A DNA stretch of 33,625 nucleotides. Source: Tangfeifania sp. GTDB taxonomy: Bacteria > Bacteroidota > Bacteroidia > Bacteroidales > Prolixibacteraceae. The DNA lies in NCBI GenBank assembly GCA_048616715.1, contig JBMCIT010000001.1, forward strand, positions 1 to 33,625, given 5' to 3'. Below the pieces are notes generated by a model. The model searched no databases, was not told the origin of the DNA, and worked only from the letters and a program-made list of their open reading frames with translations. The position numbers and the translations under genes were made by a program. Below are positions 17,460 to 26,702 of the stretch, piece by piece (within the stretch, counting starts at the first letter, position 1; each line of letters begins with the position of its first letter).

Positions 17460-19304
17460 ATGAAAAACAAAAAATTTTTACTTGCCGGAGTTTTTATTTT
17501 CCTGTTTGCAGGCTACTCAAACGTTATGGCGCAGCTGGATTTATCTGATACTATCAGAATTGATGAGGTAGTGGTAACGGGGACAAGGACAGAAGTTGCC
17601 CGAAAAAATGTTCCGTTAACCATTTCTTCGGTATCAGAAGAGCAGATAGAACTGAGCAATGAATCGGCTGTTTTGCCCATTCTCAGCCAACGCATTCCGG
17701 GAATGTTTGTAACCGAGAAAGGCGTAACCGGATTTGGCGTGGCTAATGGATCGGCAGGCCAGATTAGCATGCGCGGAGTAGGCGGAACAGCGCCCAACAC
17801 GCAGGTTCTCGTGCTAATCGACGGCCATCCGCAGTTCCAGGGTTTATTTTCGCACCCGTTGCCCGATGCGTATGTTTCGTCGGACGTAGAGAAAGTGGAA
17901 GTTGTGCGGGGCCCGGCCTCTATCCTGTATGGTTCGAATGCTATGGCAGGTGCAATCAATATTATCACCAAAAAACAGGAGGAAGAAGGTTTTTCGGGCA
18001 ATGCAAAAATTTCGTACGGCTCATACAACACGCAAAAATACATGGCCAGCGGAGGTGTAAAAAAAGGTGCTTTCAACATTTTTGCTTCGGTTAACCACAA
18101 CCGTACCGACGGCCACCGCGATACATCGGAGTTTAAAATTGTAAATGGCTATTTAAAAGCCGGTGTTGAATTGAATGAAAACATCGACATCATGGCCGAT
18201 GTGAGTATCGCTGATTTCAATTCGCAGGATCCCGGAACCATTTACGATCCTGCTTTTTTTGGAATCGATATTTTAAGGGGAAAAACTTCGCTGTCAGTAA
18301 AAAACCGGTACGAAAAAGTGGAGGGCGGCCTCATCGGATTTTACAATTTTGGAAACCACGAATTTACCGATGGCTGGATATCGGAAGACTACCACGCCGG
18401 GGTGAGCTTATACCAGGGATTTCAGCTATTTACCGGAAACAGGGTTACCGTGGGGTTAGATTATAAAAAAGTTGGTGGGATTGCCAACAGCGGCGTTCCG
18501 GATGGAGCTGACACATGGCACGAAGTAACTGATTTTGCAGGTTACTCGTACATTCAGCAATCACTTTTTGAAAAGTTAATTTTGAGCGCCGGGCTGAGGC
18601 TCGAGAACAGTTCCATTTTCGGCCTGGAAACTATTCCTCAGGCAGGTTTCTCATTTCTTGTAACAGAAAATACAACGTTCAAAGGTTCGTACTCAAAAGG
18701 TTTCAGGAGCCCTTCGCTGATGGAACTTTACCTGTTTGCCCCAAATCCCGAACTTGAACCGGAGCGACTGACCAATTTTGAACTGGGCGTGGGCCGGCAG
18801 TCGAATGACGGCAGTTTAAAAGCTGACCTTTCAGTATTTGCCATCGATGGTACAAACGTAATCGAAGTCAGACCGAACGACAATCCGCCGCCGCCAGTGA
18901 AAAGGCAAAATGTGGGTTCATTTTCCAATAAAGGAGTTGAAATCGAGGTTAACTGGCAAGTCTCAAACCGGTTCAACCTGGCTTCCAATTACAGTTACCT
19001 GCACATAGATAAACCCAGGCTGGCAGCACCCAGGCACCAGTTTTACATTAACGGCACCTACTCGAAAAACAAGTTCAGGGCCAATGTTTCATTACAACAA
19101 ATTGCCGGTCTATACATTTTAACAGACGATAATCCGGTTACAGAAAATTATACGCTTGCCAACCTGATGCTCTCTTATCAGTTTACAAAATACATTAATT
19201 TTTATGTTTCTGGAAAAAACCTGCTGGATCAGTCCTATTCCGTTAATTACGGGTACCCCATGCCCGGAATAACTTTCTTTACCGGATTTAACATTAGCAT
19301 TTAG
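17460..19304 (+). CDS. TonB-dependent receptor (compact, BtuB/CirA-like, no SusD partner)
   Basis: 614 aa; signal peptide; TonB box DEVVVTGT; plug VLVLIDG and VEVVRGPASILYGSNAMAGAINIITK; NPELEPE; NLLDQSY. Confidence 0.93.
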   Translation: MKNKKFLLAGVFIFLFAGYSNVMAQLDLSDTIRIDEVVVTGTRTEVARKNVPLTISSVSEEQIELSNESAVLPILSQRIPGMFVTEKGVTGFGVANGSAGQISMRGVGGTAPNTQVLVLIDGHPQFQGLFSHPLPDAYVSSDVEKVEVVRGPASILYGSNAMAGAINIITKKQEEEGFSGNAKISYGSYNTQKYMASGGVKKGAFNIFASVNHNRTDGHRDTSEFKIVNGYLKAGVELNENIDIMADVSIADFNSQDPGTIYDPAFFGIDILRGKTSLSVKNRYEKVEGGLIGFYNFGNHEFTDGWISEDYHAGVSLYQGFQLFTGNRVTVGLDYKKVGGIANSGVPDGADTWHEVTDFAGYSYIQQSLFEKLILSAGLRLENSSIFGLETIPQAGFSFLVTENTTFKGSYSKGFRSPSLMELYLFAPNPELEPERLTNFELGVGRQSNDGSLKADLSVFAIDGTNVIEVRPNDNPPPPVKRQNVGSFSNKGVEIEVNWQVSNRFNLASNYSYLHIDKPRLAAPRHQFYINGTYSKNKFRANVSLQQIAGLYILTDDNPVTENYTLANLMLSYQFTKYINFYVSGKNLLDQSYSVNYGYPMPGITFFTGFNISI

Positions 19305-19330
19305 TTAGGCCCTTTTCACTGCAACGTATT

Positions 19331-19360
19331 AAAAGGTGCTCTGCCCGGGGCACCTTTGTT
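19331..19360 (+). terminator. Rho-independent terminator after the receptor gene
   Basis: AAAGGTGCTC...GGGCACCTTT followed by GTT. Confidence 0.75.
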
Positions 19361-19435
19361 AATTAATAACAGCTCAATTTAGTTTGCCGTCAATTTTTTT
19401 TATCTTTTTGACCTGTAAACCAAAAAAAAATTGAA

Positions 19436-20383
19436 ATGGCAACCAGAAGAAATTTTATTAAAACCTCATCGGCCGGATTAGCCGGGATTACACTCGGAGC
19501 TAACACCACAGCATCAGTTTTCGCAGGACCAAAAAAAACGCCGCCAATTCATGTCTTTACCAAATGCCTGCAATTTTTGAGCTATGATAAAATGGCGGAA
19601 ATTTTGGCAGAACATGGTTTCGACGGAGCCGATTTGACCGTTCGCCCCCGTGGCCAGGTATTGCCCGAAAATGTAGAAACTGATCTTCCCAGGGCAGTGG
19701 AAGCCCTGAAAAAAAATGGAATTGGCACAAACATGATTACTACAGGAATTAGCAGCGCAGAGCAGCCTGCAACGCGCAGCATCCTGAAAACAATGGCTAA
19801 TATGGGGATAAAATATTACAGGATGGGGTACCTAAGTTATGACCGGAAGAAATCGGTAATTGGAAATCTTGACCATTATAAATTCTCGTTCGCAAAACTG
19901 GAGAAAATGAACCGGGAGTACGGTGTTCACGGAGGATACCAAAACCATTCAGGAAATAATGTAGGTGCGCCGGTTTGGGATTTGTACCCATTACTTAAAG
20001 ACCGCGATCCGGAACATATCGGGGTGCAGTTCGATGTACGGCATGCTACTGTTGAAGGAGCACTATCGTGGCCGCTTGGTATGGAATTGCTGTCTCCGTG
20101 GATAAAAACGACCGACATTAAAGATTTTATCTGGGAGAAAAATGAGAAAGGGGAATGGAAAGTAAAAAATGTCCCACTGGGTGAGGGAATGGTGGATTTC
20201 GATTCTTATTTTGAAATGTACAAGTCGTTTGACATTGAGGCGCCGGTTTCCATCCATTACGAATATGATCTGGGTGGGGCTGAACATGGTTCAAAAGAAC
20301 CGGCAATGGATATTAAGGAAATAGAATCATACCTGAAAAAAGACCTTGCATTTCTCGTGAAACAATTTGATAAATTTCAATAA
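19436..20383 (+). CDS. Tat-exported sugar-phosphate isomerase/epimerase-like (xylose isomerase-like TIM barrel) protein
   Basis: TRRNFIK twin-arginine signal; GFDGADL, QNH, FDVRH, IKDF, VPLGEGMVDF. Confidence 0.85.
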   Translation: MATRRNFIKTSSAGLAGITLGANTTASVFAGPKKTPPIHVFTKCLQFLSYDKMAEILAEHGFDGADLTVRPRGQVLPENVETDLPRAVEALKKNGIGTNMITTGISSAEQPATRSILKTMANMGIKYYRMGYLSYDRKKSVIGNLDHYKFSFAKLEKMNREYGVHGGYQNHSGNNVGAPVWDLYPLLKDRDPEHIGVQFDVRHATVEGALSWPLGMELLSPWIKTTDIKDFIWEKNEKGEWKVKNVPLGEGMVDFDSYFEMYKSFDIEAPVSIHYEYDLGGAEHGSKEPAMDIKEIESYLKKDLAFLVKQFDKFQ

Positions 20384-20498
20384 TACGCGGCAAACATTGT
20401 GCATAATCTTTAACCGGTATTCCGAAGTTCCCTGAAAAATGCCGGAAATGATTAAATAATCGAATAAAACAGGAAAACAAAGAAAAAAAACTCAACAC

Positions 20499-21848
20499 CT
20501 AACGGTTCTGCAATTCATTTCTGAATGACGACCTCACACAACGAAATCCTATATAAGACTTTGCAGTATCCTGGTATTCATAGGTCCGGGTAGAAACCCG
20601 GGTAAAATAGGCAATATCTTTCCATGAGCCACCCCGGATAACTTTACGTTTCATCACGGGGGGATCATCTGGCCTGGCATCGTACTGCAATTCGGGATTC
20701 ATATCGTGCACTACATCATACGCCGATTCGTAGAAAGCAGTACTGGTCCATTCGGCTACATTACCGGCCATATCGTATAATCCGTAATTATTGGGGTCGA
20801 ACTGGCCAACCTGCATGGTGGTGGTTGTTGTGGGGCTGTCAGCAACATAATTGCCACGCAGTGGTTTAAAGTTGGCTACAAAGCAGCCGTCCACATTTCG
20901 CGTATAATAACTTCCCCATGGATAAAGGGTATTGTTTAGCCCGCCACGGGCTGCCATTTCCCACTCAGATTCTGTTGGCAAACGGTAATCGTGCGCCGGA
21001 GTTTCTTTTAAACGGCTGTTAAATACTCTTTTCAGATTGGTGCGCCAGTGGCTAAACGCCTTTGCCTGTTTCCAGGTAACACCAACAACCGGATAATTAT
21101 CGAAACCTACATGTGAGAAATATTTCATAGTGAAGGGATCGTTGTAGGTATAAGTGAAGTCTCTGATCCAGCTCAGCGTATCGGGATAGACCGGAACGCT
21201 TTCATGCATTAAAAATGAACTTCGGTTAACAACCGGTACGGTTTCTCCATCCTCGTTTACAACCGTCCCCTCATAACTCTGCGTTTCAAAATTGTAACGG
21301 TTCGATGATTTGGCAGCCTGTTTATAATCCACCCAGTAATAATCATAAATGAGTTTTCTGGTATCTATTTCACGGCGAAAAGAGAACCTTTCTTCTTCAG
21401 GAATGTAAAGCTCTTCCATTGCCATTTGCATATCCGGATCATCCCACTCTATTTTCTCATCCCAGTTTATTTTTGGCTCATCGAGCGGGGTACCGTATGC
21501 ATCTTCCATAATTGCATAATCGGTATAAGTTTGGCCAAGTAACTTACGGGCAATTGAATCGCGCACCCAATAAACAAACTGCCGGTACTCATTATTTGTA
21601 ATTTCAGTATCGTCCATCCAAAAAGATTCTACAGATACCCTTCGTGAATTTTGAGGGCTTTGAAGATCTTGTCCGGAAGTTCCCATTACAAACGAGCCAC
21701 GTGGTACGAAAACCATTCCGTAAGGAGTGGGTTCAAACCAGGTACCTGATTTTCGCTCACCTCCGGGCAGATACTGTGCGATTTCATTCCGGCAAGAATT
21801 GAAAAGCAGGGCCGAAGCCAAAATAATATATATTATTGCTTTTCTCAT
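20499..21848 (-). CDS. gldK: Second GldK/PorK-family lipoprotein (paralogue)
   Basis: 449 aa; lipobox FNSC; collinear with 25340..26680; shares FWMDDTEITNNEYRQFV, YGLYDMAGNVAEWT and ARPDDPPVMKRKVIRGGSWKDIAYFTRVSTR. Confidence 0.85.
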   Translation of the reverse strand: MRKAIIYIILASALLFNSCRNEIAQYLPGGERKSGTWFEPTPYGMVFVPRGSFVMGTSGQDLQSPQNSRRVSVESFWMDDTEITNNEYRQFVYWVRDSIARKLLGQTYTDYAIMEDAYGTPLDEPKINWDEKIEWDDPDMQMAMEELYIPEEERFSFRREIDTRKLIYDYYWVDYKQAAKSSNRYNFETQSYEGTVVNEDGETVPVVNRSSFLMHESVPVYPDTLSWIRDFTYTYNDPFTMKYFSHVGFDNYPVVGVTWKQAKAFSHWRTNLKRVFNSRLKETPAHDYRLPTESEWEMAARGGLNNTLYPWGSYYTRNVDGCFVANFKPLRGNYVADSPTTTTTMQVGQFDPNNYGLYDMAGNVAEWTSTAFYESAYDVVHDMNPELQYDARPDDPPVMKRKVIRGGSWKDIAYFTRVSTRTYEYQDTAKSYIGFRCVRSSFRNELQNR

Positions 21849-21857
21849 CCATCACCA

Positions 21858-22709
21858 TTAATATTCCCAAAGATCTTGTTCGAAATTAAACATCTCTTCT
21901 TCGATCCTCTTGGACTCCAGCATTGCATCTTTGCCACTCAGGTAAGCACTGATGTTGCGGTTATTATAAACATTCGACTCTTTTACGATGTAGCTGTTGA
22001 AGAACCTTTTAATGAAAATTTCGTCGTATGACATTGATTGTGCCTCATTGTAAGGATTCAGTGAAAGGTTGGTAGCGAGCAGGTCGCGAACTTCAGGATA
22101 ATATACCCAAAAAACTTTTTGCCGCTGAATCTCTTCTGCAGCATCATTTTCGCGAACATACTCACGAATTGGACAAATACCGATTAGCCTCACCTGCATC
22201 GTAGAAGATTGTTTATCGAAATACCACTCTTCCTTAAGCATGTACTGTTTGATTTCGGTGGGCCGGATTTCGCCCTGAATGGTTACGGTTTTACGCTCAC
22301 CTGTATCAAAATCAATGGTTTCTTCAGTAGAGGCCTCGGCCCCAAAAGATTCTTTTACCTGCTCAAATGTCATCGGCACTTTGAAGTCGTCATCCAGACG
22401 GGCATCGTAAGGTGTGATTTGTCCGTTTTCTATTCCTTCCAATAGCAGTGTAATCAGGTTTTCGCGCCCCGACATCTCTTCGGTAGGATAATAGAGATTA
22501 AGATTCATTTTTTCGCGCAAATCGATGATGCGCCAAATGGTTTTCGACCAGAAAACATCGGCCTCACGAACAGAAGGCAAAGGCATCGGCTTTTTCTGAT
22601 ACACATCGTTTTGAGTATAAGCCCCGTTTACAATCTGGGCTTCCGATGATTTGCCTGTCAATGCAACTGCAAATAATATTGCTACGGTATAACCAATTAA
22701 TTTTTTCAT
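21858..22709 (-). CDS. gldN: T9SS/gliding ring protein GldN/PorN
   Basis: VREADVFWSKTIWRIIDLREKMN..LYYP; KEEWYFDK; FWVYYP; terminal FEQDLWEY. Confidence 0.93.
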   Translation of the reverse strand: MKKLIGYTVAILFAVALTGKSSEAQIVNGAYTQNDVYQKKPMPLPSVREADVFWSKTIWRIIDLREKMNLNLYYPTEEMSGRENLITLLLEGIENGQITPYDARLDDDFKVPMTFEQVKESFGAEASTEETIDFDTGERKTVTIQGEIRPTEIKQYMLKEEWYFDKQSSTMQVRLIGICPIREYVRENDAAEEIQRQKVFWVYYPEVRDLLATNLSLNPYNEAQSMSYDEIFIKRFFNSYIVKESNVYNNRNISAYLSGKDAMLESKRIEEEMFNFEQDLWEY

Positions 22710-22711
22710 GT

Positions 22712-24322
22712 CTAACGTATTTTTAAAGGTATCGGATCGAGATCGCGTGTTTCTCCATTATCTCCAACCGCTCTTATGTTACCTATATAAACTATTTCTT
22801 CAGGATTTAATCTTCTAAACTGAGCTTTCATATCGTCGGTAAACCTGTTGCTTGTCGATTCCCAACGGTTTACAAACCCGCCCGGGCCGGGTACTTCCAC
22901 AGTAAACTGGGTGATGGTATATTCGAAATCAAAATCAAAGTCTTCCAAAACGGCCAATACACCGTCTTCTACCATCAAACGTTCTTTTCTGATAGTACCC
23001 CCTGTTTGCCCGGCAACCTGTGCCACGGGGTCAGGTACCCGTTTTACCCGCCAGTCGCTGGAACCAAGCAGCCGTCTTTCGCCGCCGACATTGGCATACA
23101 CCGAAACGACTGTATTGTTTCCCTGTTCATCTACCTCATCAGGGCGGATAATATATTCATTTCCATCTTTAACAACCGTTCCATTGGTCATTTCCACATC
23201 AAGGTTTTCCTGTGGAATCCCACCACCTCCAACATCGAACGGATTGTCGAGCCCCTGGTAGAACACATTCATTCGGGTAGCCGACATGGTTACACTTGGC
23301 CGGGTAACCTGGTATTCCTGTTCGAACGGGTAGTTTCGCACAATTCCGGCAGGTGTTCTGTATTTTATAAGGCCACTCCAGCTAAATACACCGGGCTCGT
23401 TGGCTTTTACCCGGTAGGTTGCTTTTCCATCCTGAACTTCAACAGGTTGGTTATTAATAAGTATTGTGGGTTGCTGGGTTGTGTCTTCGGCAGCAAGAAA
23501 TACTTCTGCAATATATTCTTCGCCCTGCAAAACAGTATTGGAATTTGGAATTACCCTTGCACCCAGTTTATTGAACTTAAACGAGCCGGCATCGATTTGT
23601 GCAAACAGGTAATTGGCCACGTTTGATTCTGTATTTTTTACATCGATTTGAATTTTTGACAGAAGTGTAAGAATAGCTACCAAAGGTTTATTTAAAAAAC
23701 GTTGTGTTTCCCAGGATTTGCTTTCCCCGCCCTCTCTCATGTTTACGGGCGGGTCGGAGGTATCGAGTGCGGCCTTAATCGTATTTCTCAGCTCTTCATC
23801 TTCTTCGTCAACAAGGGCAAGCATGTTTTCCCGGTATTCATTCAGCTTTTCTTTCAGTATTTCGGCATTTCCCTGGGTAATCATGTATTCCGAGGGTGCA
23901 TTCAGGTCGTCTTCTTTTTTCAGGATTAATGTATCGCCATCCTGTGTAACCAAATAAAAATCGTCTTCTTCAAGAGGATTTTCTCCGGAAACAGGGGTAA
24001 CCCCTGAATCTCGTACTAAATCTTCTTTTAACCGGGCGACGTAAGAATACATTTCGGCAGTAAGGTTTTTCAGTTGGTCTGCTTTTTCTTTCCATTCACC
24101 AACTTTGGCTGCATTCTCAGCATAAGCCTGTTCAAATGAAGCATAAACCTGTTCATTTTTCATGTCCACTGTTTTCAGGGTCTCGATAAGGCTGGAATCT
24201 ACTACCTGGAACGCCTCGAGTACCTCGGCTGCAACGTTTAACGCCAACATTGCAGTGAGAACAATGTACATCATGTTTATCATTTTTTGCCGCGGTGTTT
24301 CCGGACAATTTTTTCCACCCAT
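22712..24322 (-). CDS. gldM: T9SS/gliding motor subunit GldM/PorM
   Basis: PRQKMINMMYIVLTAMLALNV single TM helix; MNVFYQGLDNP; RVKRVPDP. Confidence 0.95.
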   Translation of the reverse strand: MGGKNCPETPRQKMINMMYIVLTAMLALNVAAEVLEAFQVVDSSLIETLKTVDMKNEQVYASFEQAYAENAAKVGEWKEKADQLKNLTAEMYSYVARLKEDLVRDSGVTPVSGENPLEEDDFYLVTQDGDTLILKKEDDLNAPSEYMITQGNAEILKEKLNEYRENMLALVDEEDEELRNTIKAALDTSDPPVNMREGGESKSWETQRFLNKPLVAILTLLSKIQIDVKNTESNVANYLFAQIDAGSFKFNKLGARVIPNSNTVLQGEEYIAEVFLAAEDTTQQPTILINNQPVEVQDGKATYRVKANEPGVFSWSGLIKYRTPAGIVRNYPFEQEYQVTRPSVTMSATRMNVFYQGLDNPFDVGGGGIPQENLDVEMTNGTVVKDGNEYIIRPDEVDEQGNNTVVSVYANVGGERRLLGSSDWRVKRVPDPVAQVAGQTGGTIRKERLMVEDGVLAVLEDFDFDFEYTITQFTVEVPGPGGFVNRWESTSNRFTDDMKAQFRRLNPEEIVYIGNIRAVGDNGETRDLDPIPLKIR

Positions 24323-24340
24323 AGTAAAACTTCTAAATGG

Positions 24341-25312
24341 TTATTTCTTATAGCTCATAGCGCCCAACATGTTGCCATAAATGGTATTTAGCGCTTCCAG
24401 GTTTTTGTTCAGTTTTTCAGCATTCTCTTTATATTTTTCGAGTTCAGAAACAGATGACGCCAATATTTCATTCATCTGATTCAGATCGCTGCTGAATTTA
24501 CGGCTTGCTTCAAACTGGCTTTTAGTTCCCTGCAACTGAGACTCAAAATTTTCATTTAAGGCATGTATATTTTGATTCAGCTTTTCGAGGTTGCCCGAAT
24601 ATTGTTTTGTTCCATCTCCAATATTTTTCATCTCATGTGCAAATGAGAGTGCGTTCCCGTCTATCGAGTCTGCAATTTTTTTACTGGTTTCGGAAAGCCT
24701 GGAAGTAAATTCTTCACCACCTTTTTGAATCCTTTCGATGGTTCCTTTTCCGGTTTCGGAAAGTTGTTGGGAAGCAAGAGAATAGGATTCTATCAATTTC
24801 TCCACCGAACTGTTTAGGTTGTCTTTCGCCCGTTTGTTTATTTCAGCAAGCGATCCCATCGATTCGGATGCAGAACTTAGGTTCTTAACGTACATGTCGG
24901 TAGCAAGTGTTGCAGAAGAAATGTCGCTAATTCCCCTGGCTGTCGAAGAGAGCTCGGAAAGGCTTTTTCCCACTTTATCCAGCAATTCGGGAGTCAGTTC
25001 GGAAGATGAAAAAAGCTGATTCATCCCTTTTTTACCGGATTGATTCATTTCATCGAGGTCTGTCATTTCATACTCTTCGCGCAATTCCGGATATACTTTA
25101 CCCCAATCGGGCATATCGAGTGGTGGCTCAAAAGCAGAGAGGAAAAATATAAATGCCTCGGTAATAAGCCCGATAGTCAGGAATAAACCTGAATATTCCC
25201 AGTGCTGAAGCTTAAAAAGTGCCCCGAGCATAACAATCGATGCACCCCATCCATACACATATCCCATGAATGTTTTCCAGCGTTTTGTTTTAAAAATCTC
25301 ACCTAAGTTCAT
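24341..25312 (-). CDS. gldL: T9SS/gliding motor subunit GldL/PorL
   Basis: YGWGASIVMLGALFKLQHW, TEAFIFFLSAFEP, WGKVYPEL; coiled-coil tail ending LNTIYGNMLGAM. Confidence 0.95.
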   Translation of the reverse strand: MNLGEIFKTKRWKTFMGYVYGWGASIVMLGALFKLQHWEYSGLFLTIGLITEAFIFFLSAFEPPLDMPDWGKVYPELREEYEMTDLDEMNQSGKKGMNQLFSSSELTPELLDKVGKSLSELSSTARGISDISSATLATDMYVKNLSSASESMGSLAEINKRAKDNLNSSVEKLIESYSLASQQLSETGKGTIERIQKGGEEFTSRLSETSKKIADSIDGNALSFAHEMKNIGDGTKQYSGNLEKLNQNIHALNENFESQLQGTKSQFEASRKFSSDLNQMNEILASSVSELEKYKENAEKLNKNLEALNTIYGNMLGAMSYKK

Positions 25313-25339
25313 AGTAATGTAAAAAGTTGGTTTCCGATT

Positions 25340-26680
25340 CTAATTAAATTCCTCTCCAAAAGTAGACCTTACACAGCGAAACCCGATGTAGGATTTGGTT
25401 GTGTCCTGGTATTCAAAACTTCTGGTGGATACCCTTGTAAAATATGCGATATCTTTCCACGAACCACCGCGAATAACCTTCCGCTTCATAACCGGCGGAT
25501 CATCGGGGCGTGCATTATAGGTAAAGGTTGGATTTAAATCACTGTAGTAATTATAACCGGCTTCGTCATAAGCAGTAACAGTCCATTCAGCAACGTTTCC
25601 AGCCATATCATACAAGCCGTATTCATTGGGTTCGTAACTGCCTACTTTCATCGCCGAAATTCCGCCATCTTCAACATAATTGCCACGAAGCGGTTTGAAG
25701 TTGGCCAGAAAAACCCCGTCCTCATCTCGTGTATAATAACCGCCCCAGGGATACATTGAAAAATCTTTTGTGCCACGGGCAGCATATTCCCATTCAACTT
25801 CGGTAGGAAGCCTGTAGGCCTGAACTGTGGGTTCACGTTTATTTGTGAGGAATGCATTATGAATTTTTGTTCTCCAGTTGGCAAACGCCATAGCCTGTTT
25901 CCAGGTAACTCCCACTACCGGGTAATCATCAAACCCCGGATGCCAGAAATAACGGGTTGCCCAGGGTTCGTTAAAGGAATAAGTAAAATCCCTTATCCAA
26001 ACAAGTGTATCGGGATATACATGAACCCGGTCGTTCATTATAAAAGAGGAACGGTTCTCGATGGGCTGAACTTCGCCTTCTGAATTGTAAACATTCCCTT
26101 CGTATTGCTGGGTTTCGTAATTGTAACTGTTTGAACGCTTGGCTGCCTGCTGATAATCAATCCACCAGTATTCATAAACCAGTTTCCGGGAATCGACAGT
26201 CTTTTTTCCAAAAAAGCGCTCATTTTCAGGAATGTATAAATCCTGCATGGCCATCTGAAAGTCAGGATCGTCCCATTCAATTTTTTCGCGCCAGTTTACG
26301 CGAGGCGGGTCAATTGGGTTTCCGTCCCTGTCTTCGGTAATCAGAAATTCAGGAAACTGATCACCCAACATGGTGCGGGCAATTGAATCTCTTACCCACT
26401 GAACAAACTGGCGGTATTCGTTATTTGTAATTTCGGTGTCGTCCATCCAAAAAGCTTCCTGAGAAACTGTTTTGGCGGGCAGTCTTTCCGCAGCCGGGTC
26501 CTGGTCGCTCGGGCCAATATTAAAACTTCCCCTTCGGACATATACCATTCCGTAGGGTTGTGTTTCTTTCCACTTAGGTCTGCCTTGCACTCCAATCAAT
26601 TCACCGTTACCGGAATTATTACATCCGGTAAAACTGAAAAAGGTAATGAGTACAATAAGAATTAAAAAAAGTTTTTTCAT
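25340..26680 (-). CDS. gldK: T9SS/gliding ring lipoprotein GldK/PorK (canonical position)
   Basis: Lipobox FTGC followed by GELIGV; FGE-fold motifs; lies between porP and gldL. Confidence 0.93.
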   Translation of the reverse strand: MKKLFLILIVLITFFSFTGCNNSGNGELIGVQGRPKWKETQPYGMVYVRRGSFNIGPSDQDPAAERLPAKTVSQEAFWMDDTEITNNEYRQFVQWVRDSIARTMLGDQFPEFLITEDRDGNPIDPPRVNWREKIEWDDPDFQMAMQDLYIPENERFFGKKTVDSRKLVYEYWWIDYQQAAKRSNSYNYETQQYEGNVYNSEGEVQPIENRSSFIMNDRVHVYPDTLVWIRDFTYSFNEPWATRYFWHPGFDDYPVVGVTWKQAMAFANWRTKIHNAFLTNKREPTVQAYRLPTEVEWEYAARGTKDFSMYPWGGYYTRDEDGVFLANFKPLRGNYVEDGGISAMKVGSYEPNEYGLYDMAGNVAEWTVTAYDEAGYNYYSDLNPTFTYNARPDDPPVMKRKVIRGGSWKDIAYFTRVSTRSFEYQDTTKSYIGFRCVRSTFGEEFN

Positions 26681-26702
26681 AGCTCAATGTATATGGCTTA
26701 CA

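Noticed and set aside
17513-18100. 195-aa antisense ORF inside the TonB-dependent receptor
   Set aside because: Shadow frame of a well-supported gene; Ser/Thr/Pro-rich with no motifs.
20499-21848. Formylglycine-generating enzyme / EgtB / PvdO assignment for the second gldK
   Set aside because: It lacks the FGE catalytic Cys pair after RGGSW and is collinear with GldK, including the GldK-type insert.
23006-23626. 206-aa plus-strand ORF
   Set aside because: Antisense to gldM with no recognisable domain.
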